A stretch of DNA of 36,197 bases from assembly GCA_964373495.1 (NCBI GenBank), contig CAYJUW010000001.1, positions 1 through 36,197 on the forward strand, written 5' to 3'. This stretch comes from an uncultured Candidatus Saccharibacteria bacterium (GTDB taxonomy: Bacteria > Patescibacteriota > Minisyncoccia > Sungbacterales > SURF-37). Of the stretch, positions 7,442 through 16,273 are shown piece after piece. Position numbers and translations under genes: made by a program. How positions within the stretch are numbered: position 1 is the first letter of the stretch; every line of letters starts with the position of its first letter. The notes beneath the pieces are model-generated. The model saw only the letters and a list, made by a program, of their open reading frames with translations, was not told where the DNA came from and made no database searches.

Positions 7442-8515
7442 TTAGCGTCCCACGAGCGCTACCACCATTCCTATTATAGCAAACACCACGCTAATCACCC
7501 AAAACCTCATTGTCACTTTATACGACGGCCAGCCGATGGCCTCGAAATGGTGGTGGAGGGGGGCGACGAGGAAAATCTTTTTCCCCCGCCAGCGCTTGGA
7601 GGCCAGCTGGAGGATGACCGAGGCCGCCTCCACCGCAGGCACAAAGGCGATGATGGGCAGCACGATAACCGAGTTGGTCAAAAAGGCCATGACCGTGAGC
7701 GTGGTGGTCAATCCCAGGATGCCGGTCTCGCCCATGTAAAATCGCGCCGGCGGGATGTTGAACCATAAAAACGCCAGGAGCGATCCCAGCACCACGGCCG
7801 AGAAGGCGGCCAGGTCAATCTGCCCTCGGAAAAAGGCAATGCCGCCGTAGGCGGCGAATATGGTGGCGAATACGCCCCCGGAAAGGCCGTCCAGGCCGTC
7901 AATGACGCCGGTGGAAAAGGTGGCCAGCATGGTGACGATAAAGAGCGGGATGAACCAGAGGCCGATGGCCAGGTCGCCCGCGCCGGGAACGTAGACGGCG
8001 CTCTGGCCCAAGCGAACGTAAAACCAGTAGGCGCCGGCCAGGGCAATCAGGAAGACCACGGCCAGGCGGACGCGGAATTTCAGGCCCCCGGCAATGTAGC
8101 CGCCTTTGCCGAACACTTGGAGAAGATCGTCCAGGAAGCCGAGGAGCGAGGCCGAAACAATGGTGAAGAGCGGGAGCCAGGTCTGGTTGCGGGACAGGAA
8201 GTTGATCTTATCAAGGAGCGGGCTGGCCGTGAGCTTGGCCGCGGCCCAGAATCCGAAAATTACGAAGAGCGTGGTCAGCCAAATCAAGAGCCCGCCCATG
8301 CGCGGGATGGAGACCTCGCGCTCCTTATGGAGCGAGGCGAAAATCGGCGTTCCGGCCCCGTCCGGCGCCCGAGTGCGCGCGGCCTTGCGCCACATCCGGT
8401 ACTTGAAGAGGAAGTGGGCCAGGAGCGGCGTCCAGCCGAGCGCGAAGAAGAAGGCCAGGGCCGAGAGGCCGAAAACTTTCAGGACGTTTAAAATGAGTTC
8501 TGCTTCCGCGGTCAT
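7442..8515 (-). CDS. mraY: Phospho-N-acetylmuramoyl-pentapeptide transferase (MraY)
   Basis: Multi-TM protein with DDLLQVFGKGG, NIPPARFYMGETGILGL and APLHHHFE motifs. ATG 8515 forms an ATGA overlap with the upstream stop; the ORF-track start at 8545 is a GTG. Confidence 0.9.
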   Translation of the reverse strand: MTAEAELILNVLKVFGLSALAFFFALGWTPLLAHFLFKYRMWRKAARTRAPDGAGTPIFASLHKEREVSIPRMGGLLIWLTTLFVIFGFWAAAKLTASPLLDKINFLSRNQTWLPLFTIVSASLLGFLDDLLQVFGKGGYIAGGLKFRVRLAVVFLIALAGAYWFYVRLGQSAVYVPGAGDLAIGLWFIPLFIVTMLATFSTGVIDGLDGLSGGVFATIFAAYGGIAFFRGQIDLAAFSAVVLGSLLAFLWFNIPPARFYMGETGILGLTTTLTVMAFLTNSVIVLPIIAFVPAVEAASVILQLASKRWRGKKIFLVAPLHHHFEAIGWPSYKVTMRFWVISVVFAIIGMVVALVGR

Positions 8516-9471
8516 GGCGCCAGGGTGAAGTTTGATTCCAGCCACTGGATGAGCGCCCGGCCGTCGCCGAAGCGGTCGCGGGATTTTAAGAGCACGATGG
8601 CGATGAGCTCGTCGGGTGAGAGCCGGTAGAGCATGGCCAACGCCCCTTGGGCATTATCGTCGAATCCTGTCTTTGAGCCGTAGATCGCCGGATACTCCGT
8701 GAGGAGCGGGTTCGTGTTGATGACGCCATAGCGCCGGCCGGAGGCGCCAAAGACGAAGGTCTCGCGGATCCGCGTGGTGGCCCAGAGCTCGGGCCGCTCC
8801 TCGGTGATGAATGCGGCCAGGCGCGTCAGGTCCCGGGCCGTGGAGTAGTTCTCGGGATCATCGCTCCCGCCGGGGTTGGCAAAGCGGGTGTCGGCGAGGC
8901 CGAGGGTCGCGGCGCGCTCGTTCATGAGGGCGACGAAGGCGCGGGTGCGCTCCGCAAAGGGCGCGCCGCCGAGCTCGGGCCGTTTCAGTAGGGCAACGTA
9001 TTCGGCCGCGGCGTAGGCGGCATCGGCGTCCGAGGAAACCAAGAGGATCCTCAACGCATCCTCGGCTTTTAGGGTATCTCCGGCCAGCACGGCGCTCCGT
9101 TTTTCATCCGGGCTCCCCGCGCCTCTGGCCTCGGCGCTGAAGGGGATTGCCCGGAGCGGTTCAACGGACTCGGCCAGGACGAGCGCGGTCATGAGCTTGG
9201 TTAAGCTGGCGATGGGCAGGCGGCGGCCGGGTTCCCGTTCAAAGAGCACCTCGCCGGTTTTGAGGCGCTCTAGCCGGACGGCCAATGCGCTCACCTCCGG
9301 CGGGGGGGCGCCGGCTTTCAAGAGTAAGCGCGGCGCGGACGGTTTCAGATCGGTGCCGATCGCAGTCGTCTCGAGCTTTGGCTTCCCGGCGGTGAGCGAG
9401 ATGCCGGCCAAGAGGGTCGCGAGCGCTAAGATCAAGATTACGGTTTTGGCAATCACAGAGGTAGGTATCAT
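8512..9471 (-). CDS. Serine-type D-Ala-D-Ala carboxypeptidase (peptidase S11, PBP5/6-like)
   Basis: N-terminal signal/TM segment and the SxxK motif in IASLTKLMTALV. Cell-wall gene neighbourhood. Confidence 0.8.
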   Translation of the reverse strand: MIPTSVIAKTVILILALATLLAGISLTAGKPKLETTAIGTDLKPSAPRLLLKAGAPPPEVSALAVRLERLKTGEVLFEREPGRRLPIASLTKLMTALVLAESVEPLRAIPFSAEARGAGSPDEKRSAVLAGDTLKAEDALRILLVSSDADAAYAAAEYVALLKRPELGGAPFAERTRAFVALMNERAATLGLADTRFANPGGSDDPENYSTARDLTRLAAFITEERPELWATTRIRETFVFGASGRRYGVINTNPLLTEYPAIYGSKTGFDDNAQGALAMLYRLSPDELIAIVLLKSRDRFGDGRALIQWLESNFTLAP

Positions 9472-9479
9472 GAGGCGGA

Positions 9480-10022
9480 TCAGCGGAGCGATGACTCTGG
9501 ATCGGCGGGAACGGCGATGGGTTCTTTTTGAAATGTCCCGTACTCCGGCAGCTCCGAGACGTTGGTGATGCCCAGGTGCTTCAGGAAATCGTGCGAGATG
9601 CGGTAGAGGTAGGCGCGCCGGTCTTTGGGGTTTTCCTCGCGGCTGACCAGACCCCGGATCAAGAGGTTCCGGAGCGTGAAGGAGGAGTCAACCCCGCGGA
9701 TGTATTCGATTGCCGCGCGGCTGATCGGCCCTTTGTAGGCGATGATGGCCAGCACCTCAAGCGAAGCGCGGGAGAGGTCTTCGGAGAGTTCGCTTGCGGC
9801 GAACTTTTCGACTACGGCTTTATGCGCGGGGTTGGTTGCGAATTGCCACTCCTCGCCGTTGGAGACGAGCTGAATCCCCCGTTCCCGGTACTCGGCTTGG
9901 AGTTCGCGCAGTGCGCCCTCAACTTCTTCCTTTGGAGCGCCGGCGGCTTTGGCCAGACGCGAAAGCGTCATCGAACTCCCCTGCATGAACAGCAAGCTCT
10001 CAATTAATGATGTTAAGCGCAT
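9480..10022 (-). CDS. scpB: Segregation and condensation protein B (ScpB)
   Basis: LIESLLFMQGSSMTLSRLAKA... with a tandem winged-helix layout, 180 aa. Confidence 0.85.
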   Translation of the reverse strand: MRLTSLIESLLFMQGSSMTLSRLAKAAGAPKEEVEGALRELQAEYRERGIQLVSNGEEWQFATNPAHKAVVEKFAASELSEDLSRASLEVLAIIAYKGPISRAAIEYIRGVDSSFTLRNLLIRGLVSREENPKDRRAYLYRISHDFLKHLGITNVSELPEYGTFQKEPIAVPADPESSLR

Positions 10023-10048
10023 GGAGCAGACAGCGTAACCGCCCGGCC

Positions 10049-10082
10049 TAATACTGTAATACTGTACAGTATTACAGTATTA
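10049..10082. repeat. 34-bp perfect palindrome TAATACTGTAATACTGTACAGTATTACAGTATTA (variant of the GTAC-core family)
   Basis: Checked base by base. Lies 14 nt downstream of the TrpR-like gene stop. Shares the core AATACTGTACAGTATT with 1854, 10652 and 24710. Confidence 0.95.
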
Positions 10083-10095
10083 CCTTGGGGTCTAT

Positions 10096-10617
10096 TTAGT
10101 AGCGCGCTTTAGCCAGGAGTAACTTAGCATCTTTGTAAATTTTTCTCTTATGATCGAGGTTGTCAATTACCTGATAAATTCGTTCACGCTCTTTTCGCGA
10201 CGCTGTTTCAAGCAGTTCCTGTATCAGCAACTGCGGCCAATAGTAGAGCGGATACTTTTTATGGATCGGCGGTCCATAGCTTCGGTTTGCACTTCGTTGT
10301 CGTTGCGAGCGCTGATACAGGAGGCGAAAGCCCGCACCCGAGTGCTGGAGCCAGGCACTTACCCGCGCAATGGTCGGTTCACTTACCTTCATTCGCTTTC
10401 TGATTTCTTCGTAGGTTTCGCCCTCAATGAGTAGAGTTGCAATTTTTAAGCGTTTGGCCAACATTTCCAGCTCTTGGCGCGAAACAAGATCCCCGAAGAC
10501 TTGGGCGGCCTCCTCCACGCCGCGTATGGTTCCCAGGCTGCGGAAAAATTCAAAAAGCAGTTCGTCTCTTTCTTTCCGGGACAGCTTGAGGCTGAATTTT
10601 TTCATCCGGCCGGTCAT
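10096..10617 (-). CDS. TrpR-related YerC/YecD-family DNA-binding protein with a C-terminal extension
   Basis: DELLFEFFRSL...QELEMLAKRLKIATLLIEGETYEEIRKRMKVSEPTIARVSAWLQ matches the YerC/YecD Trp-repressor-like fold pattern. Visibly lower GC than the neighbouring genes. Confidence 0.75.
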   Translation of the reverse strand: MTGRMKKFSLKLSRKERDELLFEFFRSLGTIRGVEEAAQVFGDLVSRQELEMLAKRLKIATLLIEGETYEEIRKRMKVSEPTIARVSAWLQHSGAGFRLLYQRSQRQRSANRSYGPPIHKKYPLYYWPQLLIQELLETASRKERERIYQVIDNLDHKRKIYKDAKLLLAKARY

Positions 10618-10651
10618 TGGTTCTCAGCTTCTTAACGCCACGTCATCGGAT

Positions 10652-10683
10652 AATACTTAAATACTGTACAGTATTTAAGTATT
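10652..10683. repeat. 32-bp perfect palindrome AATACTTAAATACTGTACAGTATTTAAGTATT
   Basis: Checked base by base. Lies 35 nt upstream of the TrpR-like gene start at 10617. Confidence 0.95.
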
Positions 10684-10766
10684 GGTATCGAGCTGGCTGG
10701 TCCAGAATGGCTTTTGATCCGTCAGCCATTTCTGGACAGCTTCTTCGTTCTATCGTCCTATCGTCT

Positions 10767-11480
10767 TCAGAGTGCCTTTCGGATTTTTATATCGCCGAAA
10801 AGCCCTTTCTGTTCAATCGTAACAAGTTTCTGTTTGGCCAACTCGAGCAAGGCCAGGAAACTCACAATGATCTCGACCTTCTCCCGGGCACCGGCGACGA
10901 GCTCGGAGAAGGCCCGCTCCACTTTTTTGCGCAGGAAGGCCTGGAGCTCTGCGATCTTCTCCTCCAGCGATATGATTCTCTTTAATTTTTCCTCAGCCAG
11001 CTTTTCGATCTTCGGGAGTGCGTCAATCACCCGCTGGAAAGCCCCGACGAGCATGGTCAGCGTGAATCGCTTGGGTGGATAGAAGACCGGGAGCCGGCCG
11101 GCGTAGGCCTCGCGGGAGAAGGACTTTGGACCGCCTGAGGCCATCTGGCCGATCCGGATGGCAAGCTCCTTGAAGCGCTTATACTCCTCCAGGCGCTGCT
11201 CGAGTTCGGCAATGGATTCCTCCTCTTCGGCGTTTGTCTGGAACTGCGGCAGCAAGCTGCGCGATTTGATGAGGAGCAACGTCGCCGCCACGACCAAGAA
11301 CTCGGCTAAAATTTCCTGGTCAGCTTCCCCCTTGGCCTGGAGCCCCCGCAGGTACCCGATAAATTTATCCGTGACGTTGGCCAGCGAAATTTCGTTGATG
11401 GCGAGCTTTTCGCCCTGAATGAGCTCGAGCAGCAGGTCGAGCGGCCCCTCAAACTTTTCTTGCTTGATCGTGTAGGGCAT
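10767..11480 (-). CDS. scpA: Segregation and condensation protein A (ScpA)
   Basis: EKFEGPLDLLLELIQGEKLAINEISLANVTDKFIGYL is the ScpA N-terminal signature. I place the start at ATG 11480 (MPYTIKQ). Confidence 0.85.
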   Translation of the reverse strand: MPYTIKQEKFEGPLDLLLELIQGEKLAINEISLANVTDKFIGYLRGLQAKGEADQEILAEFLVVAATLLLIKSRSLLPQFQTNAEEEESIAELEQRLEEYKRFKELAIRIGQMASGGPKSFSREAYAGRLPVFYPPKRFTLTMLVGAFQRVIDALPKIEKLAEEKLKRIISLEEKIAELQAFLRKKVERAFSELVAGAREKVEIIVSFLALLELAKQKLVTIEQKGLFGDIKIRKAL

Positions 11481-11524
11481 CCGGGTGGGAGAAATTCTAA
11501 ATCCGAAGCACAAAATTCGAAACA

Positions 11525-11570
11525 AATCTCAAATTCAAAATTCCAAATCCCAAACGCGTTTCTGATTTGG
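11525..11570 (-). terminator. Terminator-like hairpin after aspS
   Basis: On the minus strand, CCAAATC-AG-AAACG/CGTTT-GG-GATTTGG (11543-11570) is followed by AATTTTGAATTTG. Confidence 0.5.
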
Positions 11571-11592
11571 AGTTTGAAACGTTGGCATTTGT

Positions 11593-12993
11593 CTAGGATT
11601 CCGGATTTTGAGTTTCACGCTTCACTTGGAGGCCGACCTCCTCAAGCTGCTTCGGATCAACCTCCGATGGCGTATTCATCATAGGATCGCGGGCGTCACC
11701 TGTTTTGGGGAAGGCCATGACCTCGCGAATCGAGGGCTCGTTCTGGAAAACCGCGACCAGGCGGTCAATTCCGGATGCAATGCCGCCGTGGGGCGGGGCG
11801 CCGTAGGTGTAGGCCTCGAGAAGATGGCCGAATTTCTCCTGGATTTCCTCGTTCGAATAGCCGAGGATGCCAAAAATCTTTTTTTGCAGGTCGGGACTGG
11901 TAATGCGGATGCTGCCGCCGGCGATCTCGTAGCCGTTTAGTACGAGATCGTACTGCAGCGAGCGCACCTTGAATGGGTCGGTATCGAGGAGCGGGATATC
12001 TTCCGTTTGCGGCGCGGTAAAAGGATGGTGCGAGGGTGAAATCTCCTGCGTTTCGGTTTTTCCGAAGAGCGGAAAGTCAGTCACCCAGGCGAAGGCCATC
12101 ACATTCGGATCTTTGTCCTCGCGGAGGTCAAATTTATCGGCGTCAAAGCGCTTCAGGGCTTCCCCGTGCGTGAGCCGCGGGAACGGTTTTTTGAATACCG
12201 TTTTGCCGGCAACTTTCTCGGCAAGATCGATATAGAGTTCCTCGATCAACGCGAGCACATCCTCGCGCTCGGCAAAGGCCATCTCAATATCAAGCTGCGT
12301 GAATTCCGGCTGGCGGTCGCCCCGCGTGTCTTCGTCCCGGAAACAGCGCGCAATTTGGAAGTAGCGCTCAAATCCGGCCGCCATCAAAAGCTGCTTATAC
12401 TGCTGGGGCGACTGCGGCAGGGCGTAGAACGTTCCGGGCTGGAGGCGCGAGGGCACGATGTAGTCCCGAGCGCCTTCGGGCGTTGATTTGGTGAGGATGG
12501 GGGTTTCGATTTCAATAAAGTTCTTTTGGCGCAGGAAATCCCGGATTGCTGCAATGATTCTGTCCCGCAGGACGATGTTTTGCGTTAACCGCTCGCGGCG
12601 GAGGTCGAGGTAGCGGTACTTTAGCCGGAGCTCTTCGTCAATATCGAGCCCCGGCGTGTCGAGCGGGAAGGGCGGTGTCTTGGCCTCGTTCAAGACCTCG
12701 AGCTTCTCAACCGGCAGCTCTACGGATCCGGTGGGAATGGCCGGATTTTCCATGCCTTGGGGCCGTTCGCGGACCGCGCCCTCGACGGCGATCACCCACT
12801 CCGGCCGGAGCTTCTCGGCTCTGGCGTAGAGCTCGGCATTATCCGGCCGAAAGACCAGCTGCAAGACTCCCGAGCCGTCCCGGAGGTCAATAAAAATAAG
12901 CTTGCCGTGGTCGCGCCGGCTTCCCACCCACCCGGCTACCCGGACTTGTTCTCCCACCCGTTTGGCGGTCGCACCCGTAAGAATCCGCTCCAT
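11593..12993 (-). CDS. aspS: Aspartate--tRNA ligase, bacterial-type catalytic core but lacking the GAD insertion domain
   Basis: FYALPQSPQQYKQLLMAAGFERYFQIARCFRDEDTRGDRQPEFTQLDIEMAF, HHPFTAPQ and GGIASGIDRL. ATG 12993 is the likely start; the track start at 13014 is a TTG. Confidence 0.9.
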   Translation of the reverse strand: MERILTGATAKRVGEQVRVAGWVGSRRDHGKLIFIDLRDGSGVLQLVFRPDNAELYARAEKLRPEWVIAVEGAVRERPQGMENPAIPTGSVELPVEKLEVLNEAKTPPFPLDTPGLDIDEELRLKYRYLDLRRERLTQNIVLRDRIIAAIRDFLRQKNFIEIETPILTKSTPEGARDYIVPSRLQPGTFYALPQSPQQYKQLLMAAGFERYFQIARCFRDEDTRGDRQPEFTQLDIEMAFAEREDVLALIEELYIDLAEKVAGKTVFKKPFPRLTHGEALKRFDADKFDLREDKDPNVMAFAWVTDFPLFGKTETQEISPSHHPFTAPQTEDIPLLDTDPFKVRSLQYDLVLNGYEIAGGSIRITSPDLQKKIFGILGYSNEEIQEKFGHLLEAYTYGAPPHGGIASGIDRLVAVFQNEPSIREVMAFPKTGDARDPMMNTPSEVDPKQLEEVGLQVKRETQNPES

Positions 12994-13010
12994 ATCTCTC
13001 TCAGCGTGCC

Positions 13011-13052
13011 ACAATCAACCAACAACAATCAACATTCAACAATCAGCAAATC
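13011..13052. repeat. Three degenerate tandem 14-bp repeats (ACAATCAACCAACA / ACAATCAACATTCA / ACAATCAGCAAATC) upstream of aspS
   Basis: CAATC recurs at 13012, 13026 and 13040 with a 14-nt period. Confidence 0.6.
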
Positions 13053-13074
13053 GCAGCGACCGGCGGGCGGGAAG

Positions 13075-14682
13075 CTACAGGGCCGGGAGCGTGACGGAGA
13101 ACGTGCTCCCCTGCCCCAGGCCGGGCGAGGATACGGCCACGCGGCCGCCGTGGTCCTCAATAATCTTTTTTGCGATATAGAGCCCGAGGCCCATGCCGTC
13201 CGGCCGCAGCTGTTTGGCCTCTTCGGTGCGGGCGAATTTGGTGAACATCCTGACTGCGTCCGGGGCCTTAATGCCAATGCCGGTGTCCTCGACTTTCAAC
13301 ATCAGCCAGCGGCGCCCCCCCTGCCGTTCGGGGTAGAGCTCGACCACGATCCTGCCCTTTGCCGTGTACTTGATGGCGTTATCTACAAGGTTCACTACCA
13401 CCTCGCGGAGCTTATCTGGATCGCCGTTCACAACCTGATCGGCGGCGCGGTCCCGGTAGAGGAGGATCAGCCCTTTGGCGCGGGCCGCGGCCTCGAATTG
13501 TCGGATGACCTCGGCGACGACATCGGCGAGCGGGATGCGGGTGAATTCGTAGCCTAGCCGGCCGGTTTCAATCCGTGAGAGGTCCAAAAGATCGCCGACG
13601 AGCCGGATGAGCTGCTCAGCCGAGGTGGCGACCTTGGCCATGGATTCTTTGATCAGGTCCGTGGCCTGCCCGAGCGTGCCCTCGAGCAGCATGGAGACGT
13701 AGCCCTTGATGATGGTCAGGGGCGCCCGCAGCTGGTGGCCGGCGATGGAGATGAATTCGGACTTGGCCTGGTCAAGCTGCTTCAGCGCCACGTTGGCCCG
13801 GCTGAGCTCAGCGGCCAGGTTCGAAATTTGCTCGCGGGACCGCACCTCGCGCATGACGCTTCGGATAAGGAGGGCGCCGAACCCGATAGCGAAGGCGAGC
13901 GTAATGGCGTTGATGGCGCGGGAGAGCGGGTTAGGGGCAAAGACGAGTTCCGCGGCGAGCGTAATGAGCAGGAGCATGGTGAAGAGCTCGGCGCCGATTA
14001 CCCGAACGTTCATGAGATTGTGGCGGGCGATCGAATATCCGATGAACGCCACCATGATGATCGTCGTCACCGGACCCCACCCGATGTAGGCGGAGTTCCC
14101 GAGTAGGACGAGCGCAATGTTGAACCAACTGCCGAGGACGGTGGTGGCCAGGACTCCTGCGGAGAGCGTGCTGATCTGGATTCGCTCCTCTGCCTCACTG
14201 CTCGTGCGGTACTTCCGGTAGAGCGTCTGGAATGCCCGGAACATGACCGCGCTGAAGTAGGCGACGAATACGAGATGGACGGGACCGATGGAAAGCTGCT
14301 TGGCGCCGTCCCCGAGATCCGCGATGCCGCGGATGAAATCAGACGAGAAGAATGCCAGCAGGCCCGTGATGGCCCCGATGCCGATCACCAGGGCATGCTG
14401 GATTGGATGGATCGGCTTTTCAATGAAGAACTTTACGAAGTACCAGAAGCTCGCCGCAATCACCACAGCCGCCGCATAGCTCGTCGCGAGCGAGAGAAAC
14501 ATAGCCGCTGGCGACGTGGAGATCCGGAGGGCCGCGATGGCGACGATCCAGAGCACCACACCAGAGACCGCGACGGCATAGGAAATATCGGCCCGTCGTT
14601 TCGGGCCGTGGATGAAGATTATTGCGCTCAGTGAAATGTTGAAAACACCAGCAATAATGAGCGCATTGAGGGTCAGATCCAT
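13075..14682 (-). CDS. Sensor histidine kinase with a multi-TM N-terminal domain; no adjacent response regulator
   Basis: H-box FISIAGHQLRAPLT, N-box VNLVDNAIKYT, and G-boxes EDTGIGI and GLGLYIAKKII. Confidence 0.85.
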   Translation of the reverse strand: MDLTLNALIIAGVFNISLSAIIFIHGPKRRADISYAVAVSGVVLWIVAIAALRISTSPAAMFLSLATSYAAAVVIAASFWYFVKFFIEKPIHPIQHALVIGIGAITGLLAFFSSDFIRGIADLGDGAKQLSIGPVHLVFVAYFSAVMFRAFQTLYRKYRTSSEAEERIQISTLSAGVLATTVLGSWFNIALVLLGNSAYIGWGPVTTIIMVAFIGYSIARHNLMNVRVIGAELFTMLLLITLAAELVFAPNPLSRAINAITLAFAIGFGALLIRSVMREVRSREQISNLAAELSRANVALKQLDQAKSEFISIAGHQLRAPLTIIKGYVSMLLEGTLGQATDLIKESMAKVATSAEQLIRLVGDLLDLSRIETGRLGYEFTRIPLADVVAEVIRQFEAAARAKGLILLYRDRAADQVVNGDPDKLREVVVNLVDNAIKYTAKGRIVVELYPERQGGRRWLMLKVEDTGIGIKAPDAVRMFTKFARTEEAKQLRPDGMGLGLYIAKKIIEDHGGRVAVSSPGLGQGSTFSVTLPAL

Positions 14683-14751
14683 ACGGTAATTAAAAACGCC
14701 CCACGGATCATCATACCATGCGCCGGTAGATGACCCATGGGGCAGCGGTGC

Positions 14752-15825
14752 TCAGGGTAGCCGGATGACCGCTGAGCCATATTGCCAGCCGGCGCCGATG
14801 GCGGCCATGAGGATGGTGTCGCCGGATCCGATCCGGCCGTCGGACACCGCCTCGTCGTAGGCCACCGGGAGCGTAGCCGTGTCGAGATTCCCGTACCGGT
14901 CGACGTGGACCACCATACGGCTCTCATCGATCTGCAGCTGCTTTGCGAGGGCGGAGAGCATGCGGCGGTTGACCTGATGGAAGATGAAGCGGTCAACATC
15001 GCGGAGCTTCATGTCGGCGTATTCGAGGACCTTTAGCGTACGGGCGAAGAGCTCCGGGCCGAATTGGCGCACCAGCCGCGAGTTCATGTCGAAGCGGTGC
15101 AGGCCCTGGCGGACCGTTTCATGAGTAGCCGGATGGCGCGAGCCGCCCGCGGCGAACGTCACCGGGTTGTCGTAGCCCCACGCACCTCGGAAGGTGTGGA
15201 GGATGCCGACGTTCTCACGGTCAGTAGCCTGGAGGATGAGCGCGCCTGCACCTTCACCGAAGATGAAGACGTTCGACAAGCCGAGCCGGAGCTGCCGTTC
15301 TCGCTCGGCAGCATCGGCGATCTGATGCGTAGCGCTGATGTAGGGCCCGACGACGACCGACCCGACGACCAGGACCCGCATCGCCTTGCCAGCGCGGATG
15401 TCGGAGTCGGCGAGATCCATCGCGTAGATGAACCCGCCGCAGCCGACCGTCGTGAAGCCGATCGCGTAGGCGTCCTGGCGCATGCCGATGCGCATATGGA
15501 GGATGCAGGCCGGATCCGGCATGAGGTACTCGGGCGTGGAGGTGGCATAGATAACGCCGTCGAGCTCGGTGGGGTGTAGGCCGGCCCTGTGGAGGGCCCG
15601 GAGTGCAGCTTGGGTGGCGTTGTCAATGTCGTGGAAGCCACTCCGCAGCTCCCCAGCTTTGAAGTCGAAAGCGTTCCGGCGCTCCTGGATGCCGAGTTTT
15701 TCCTCGACCCACTCGGGGGTCCAGCGATACCCATCGGGCCGCGGGAAGAAGTTAGCGATGTCCTGGTTGGTGGCGCGGAATGGCGGCAGGTGCTTTCCGC
15801 TGCCGACGATGATTGAACGAAGCAT
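14752..15825 (-). CDS. FabH-like 3-oxoacyl-ACP synthase III / thiolase-fold condensing enzyme
   Basis: Candidate Cys-His-Asn triad: TVGCGGF, FIFHQVN, YGNLDTA. 357 aa. Confidence 0.8.
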   Translation of the reverse strand: MLRSIIVGSGKHLPPFRATNQDIANFFPRPDGYRWTPEWVEEKLGIQERRNAFDFKAGELRSGFHDIDNATQAALRALHRAGLHPTELDGVIYATSTPEYLMPDPACILHMRIGMRQDAYAIGFTTVGCGGFIYAMDLADSDIRAGKAMRVLVVGSVVVGPYISATHQIADAAERERQLRLGLSNVFIFGEGAGALILQATDRENVGILHTFRGAWGYDNPVTFAAGGSRHPATHETVRQGLHRFDMNSRLVRQFGPELFARTLKVLEYADMKLRDVDRFIFHQVNRRMLSALAKQLQIDESRMVVHVDRYGNLDTATLPVAYDEAVSDGRIGSGDTILMAAIGAGWQYGSAVIRLP

Positions 15826-16072
15826 CTCGGATCCCCCCTTACCGTCACGGCTGTCGAACCGCCTAGGTTGTGAAGAACTCGGTCTCCCTGAGCCCAGTGC
15901 TCGGGCTGCCGTTCCTACGGTACGGCGGTTTGCCGGACCGCGTTTTCCTTACTTTCTACCTCCTAGTATCCTACAAAGGTTGCCATTTTGTCTATATGGA
16001 GGTGACAGTGATACGCATCGGGTGGTAGGATAATGGCAAATACTCATTATTTTCACCCATTAGGTTTCGCCT

Positions 16073-16273
16073 ATGGCCAAAGACGCACCGAAGATGAAGG
16101 GCTGGCGGCCGCGGGACAAGACCTCGGGGCGGCTGCGGAAGAAGCGGAGTGACACTAAGGTGGCGACGATCGAGCAGCGGTATCGCCGCCGCATCGGATC
16201 GAACCCGCACCTCCAGCTCGGGACGGTCCTCAAGCGCCGCCGCAAGAAGTCGCTGAAAAATCTTCTGAAATAA
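16073..16273 (+). CDS. Possible small, highly basic protein (66 aa, Lys/Arg-rich)
   Basis: Only plus-strand ORF in a gap between minus-strand genes. It ends at a strong hairpin. No clear SD. Confidence 0.35.
   Translation: MAKDAPKMKGWRPRDKTSGRLRKKRSDTKVATIEQRYRRRIGSNPHLQLGTVLKRRRKKSLKNLLK

Noticed and set aside
10652-10683. The CTGTACAG core as a LexA SOS box.
   Set aside because: The proteobacterial SOS box is CTGT-N8-ACAG and the Gram-positive box is GAAC-N4-GTTC. Here CTGT and ACAG are contiguous, and no lexA, recA or SOS genes are adjacent.
10617-10985. A plus-strand 122-aa ORF starting at the palindrome region upstream of the TrpR-like gene.
   Set aside because: It runs antisense through the 3' end of scpA and through the palindrome, has no SD, and has no motifs.
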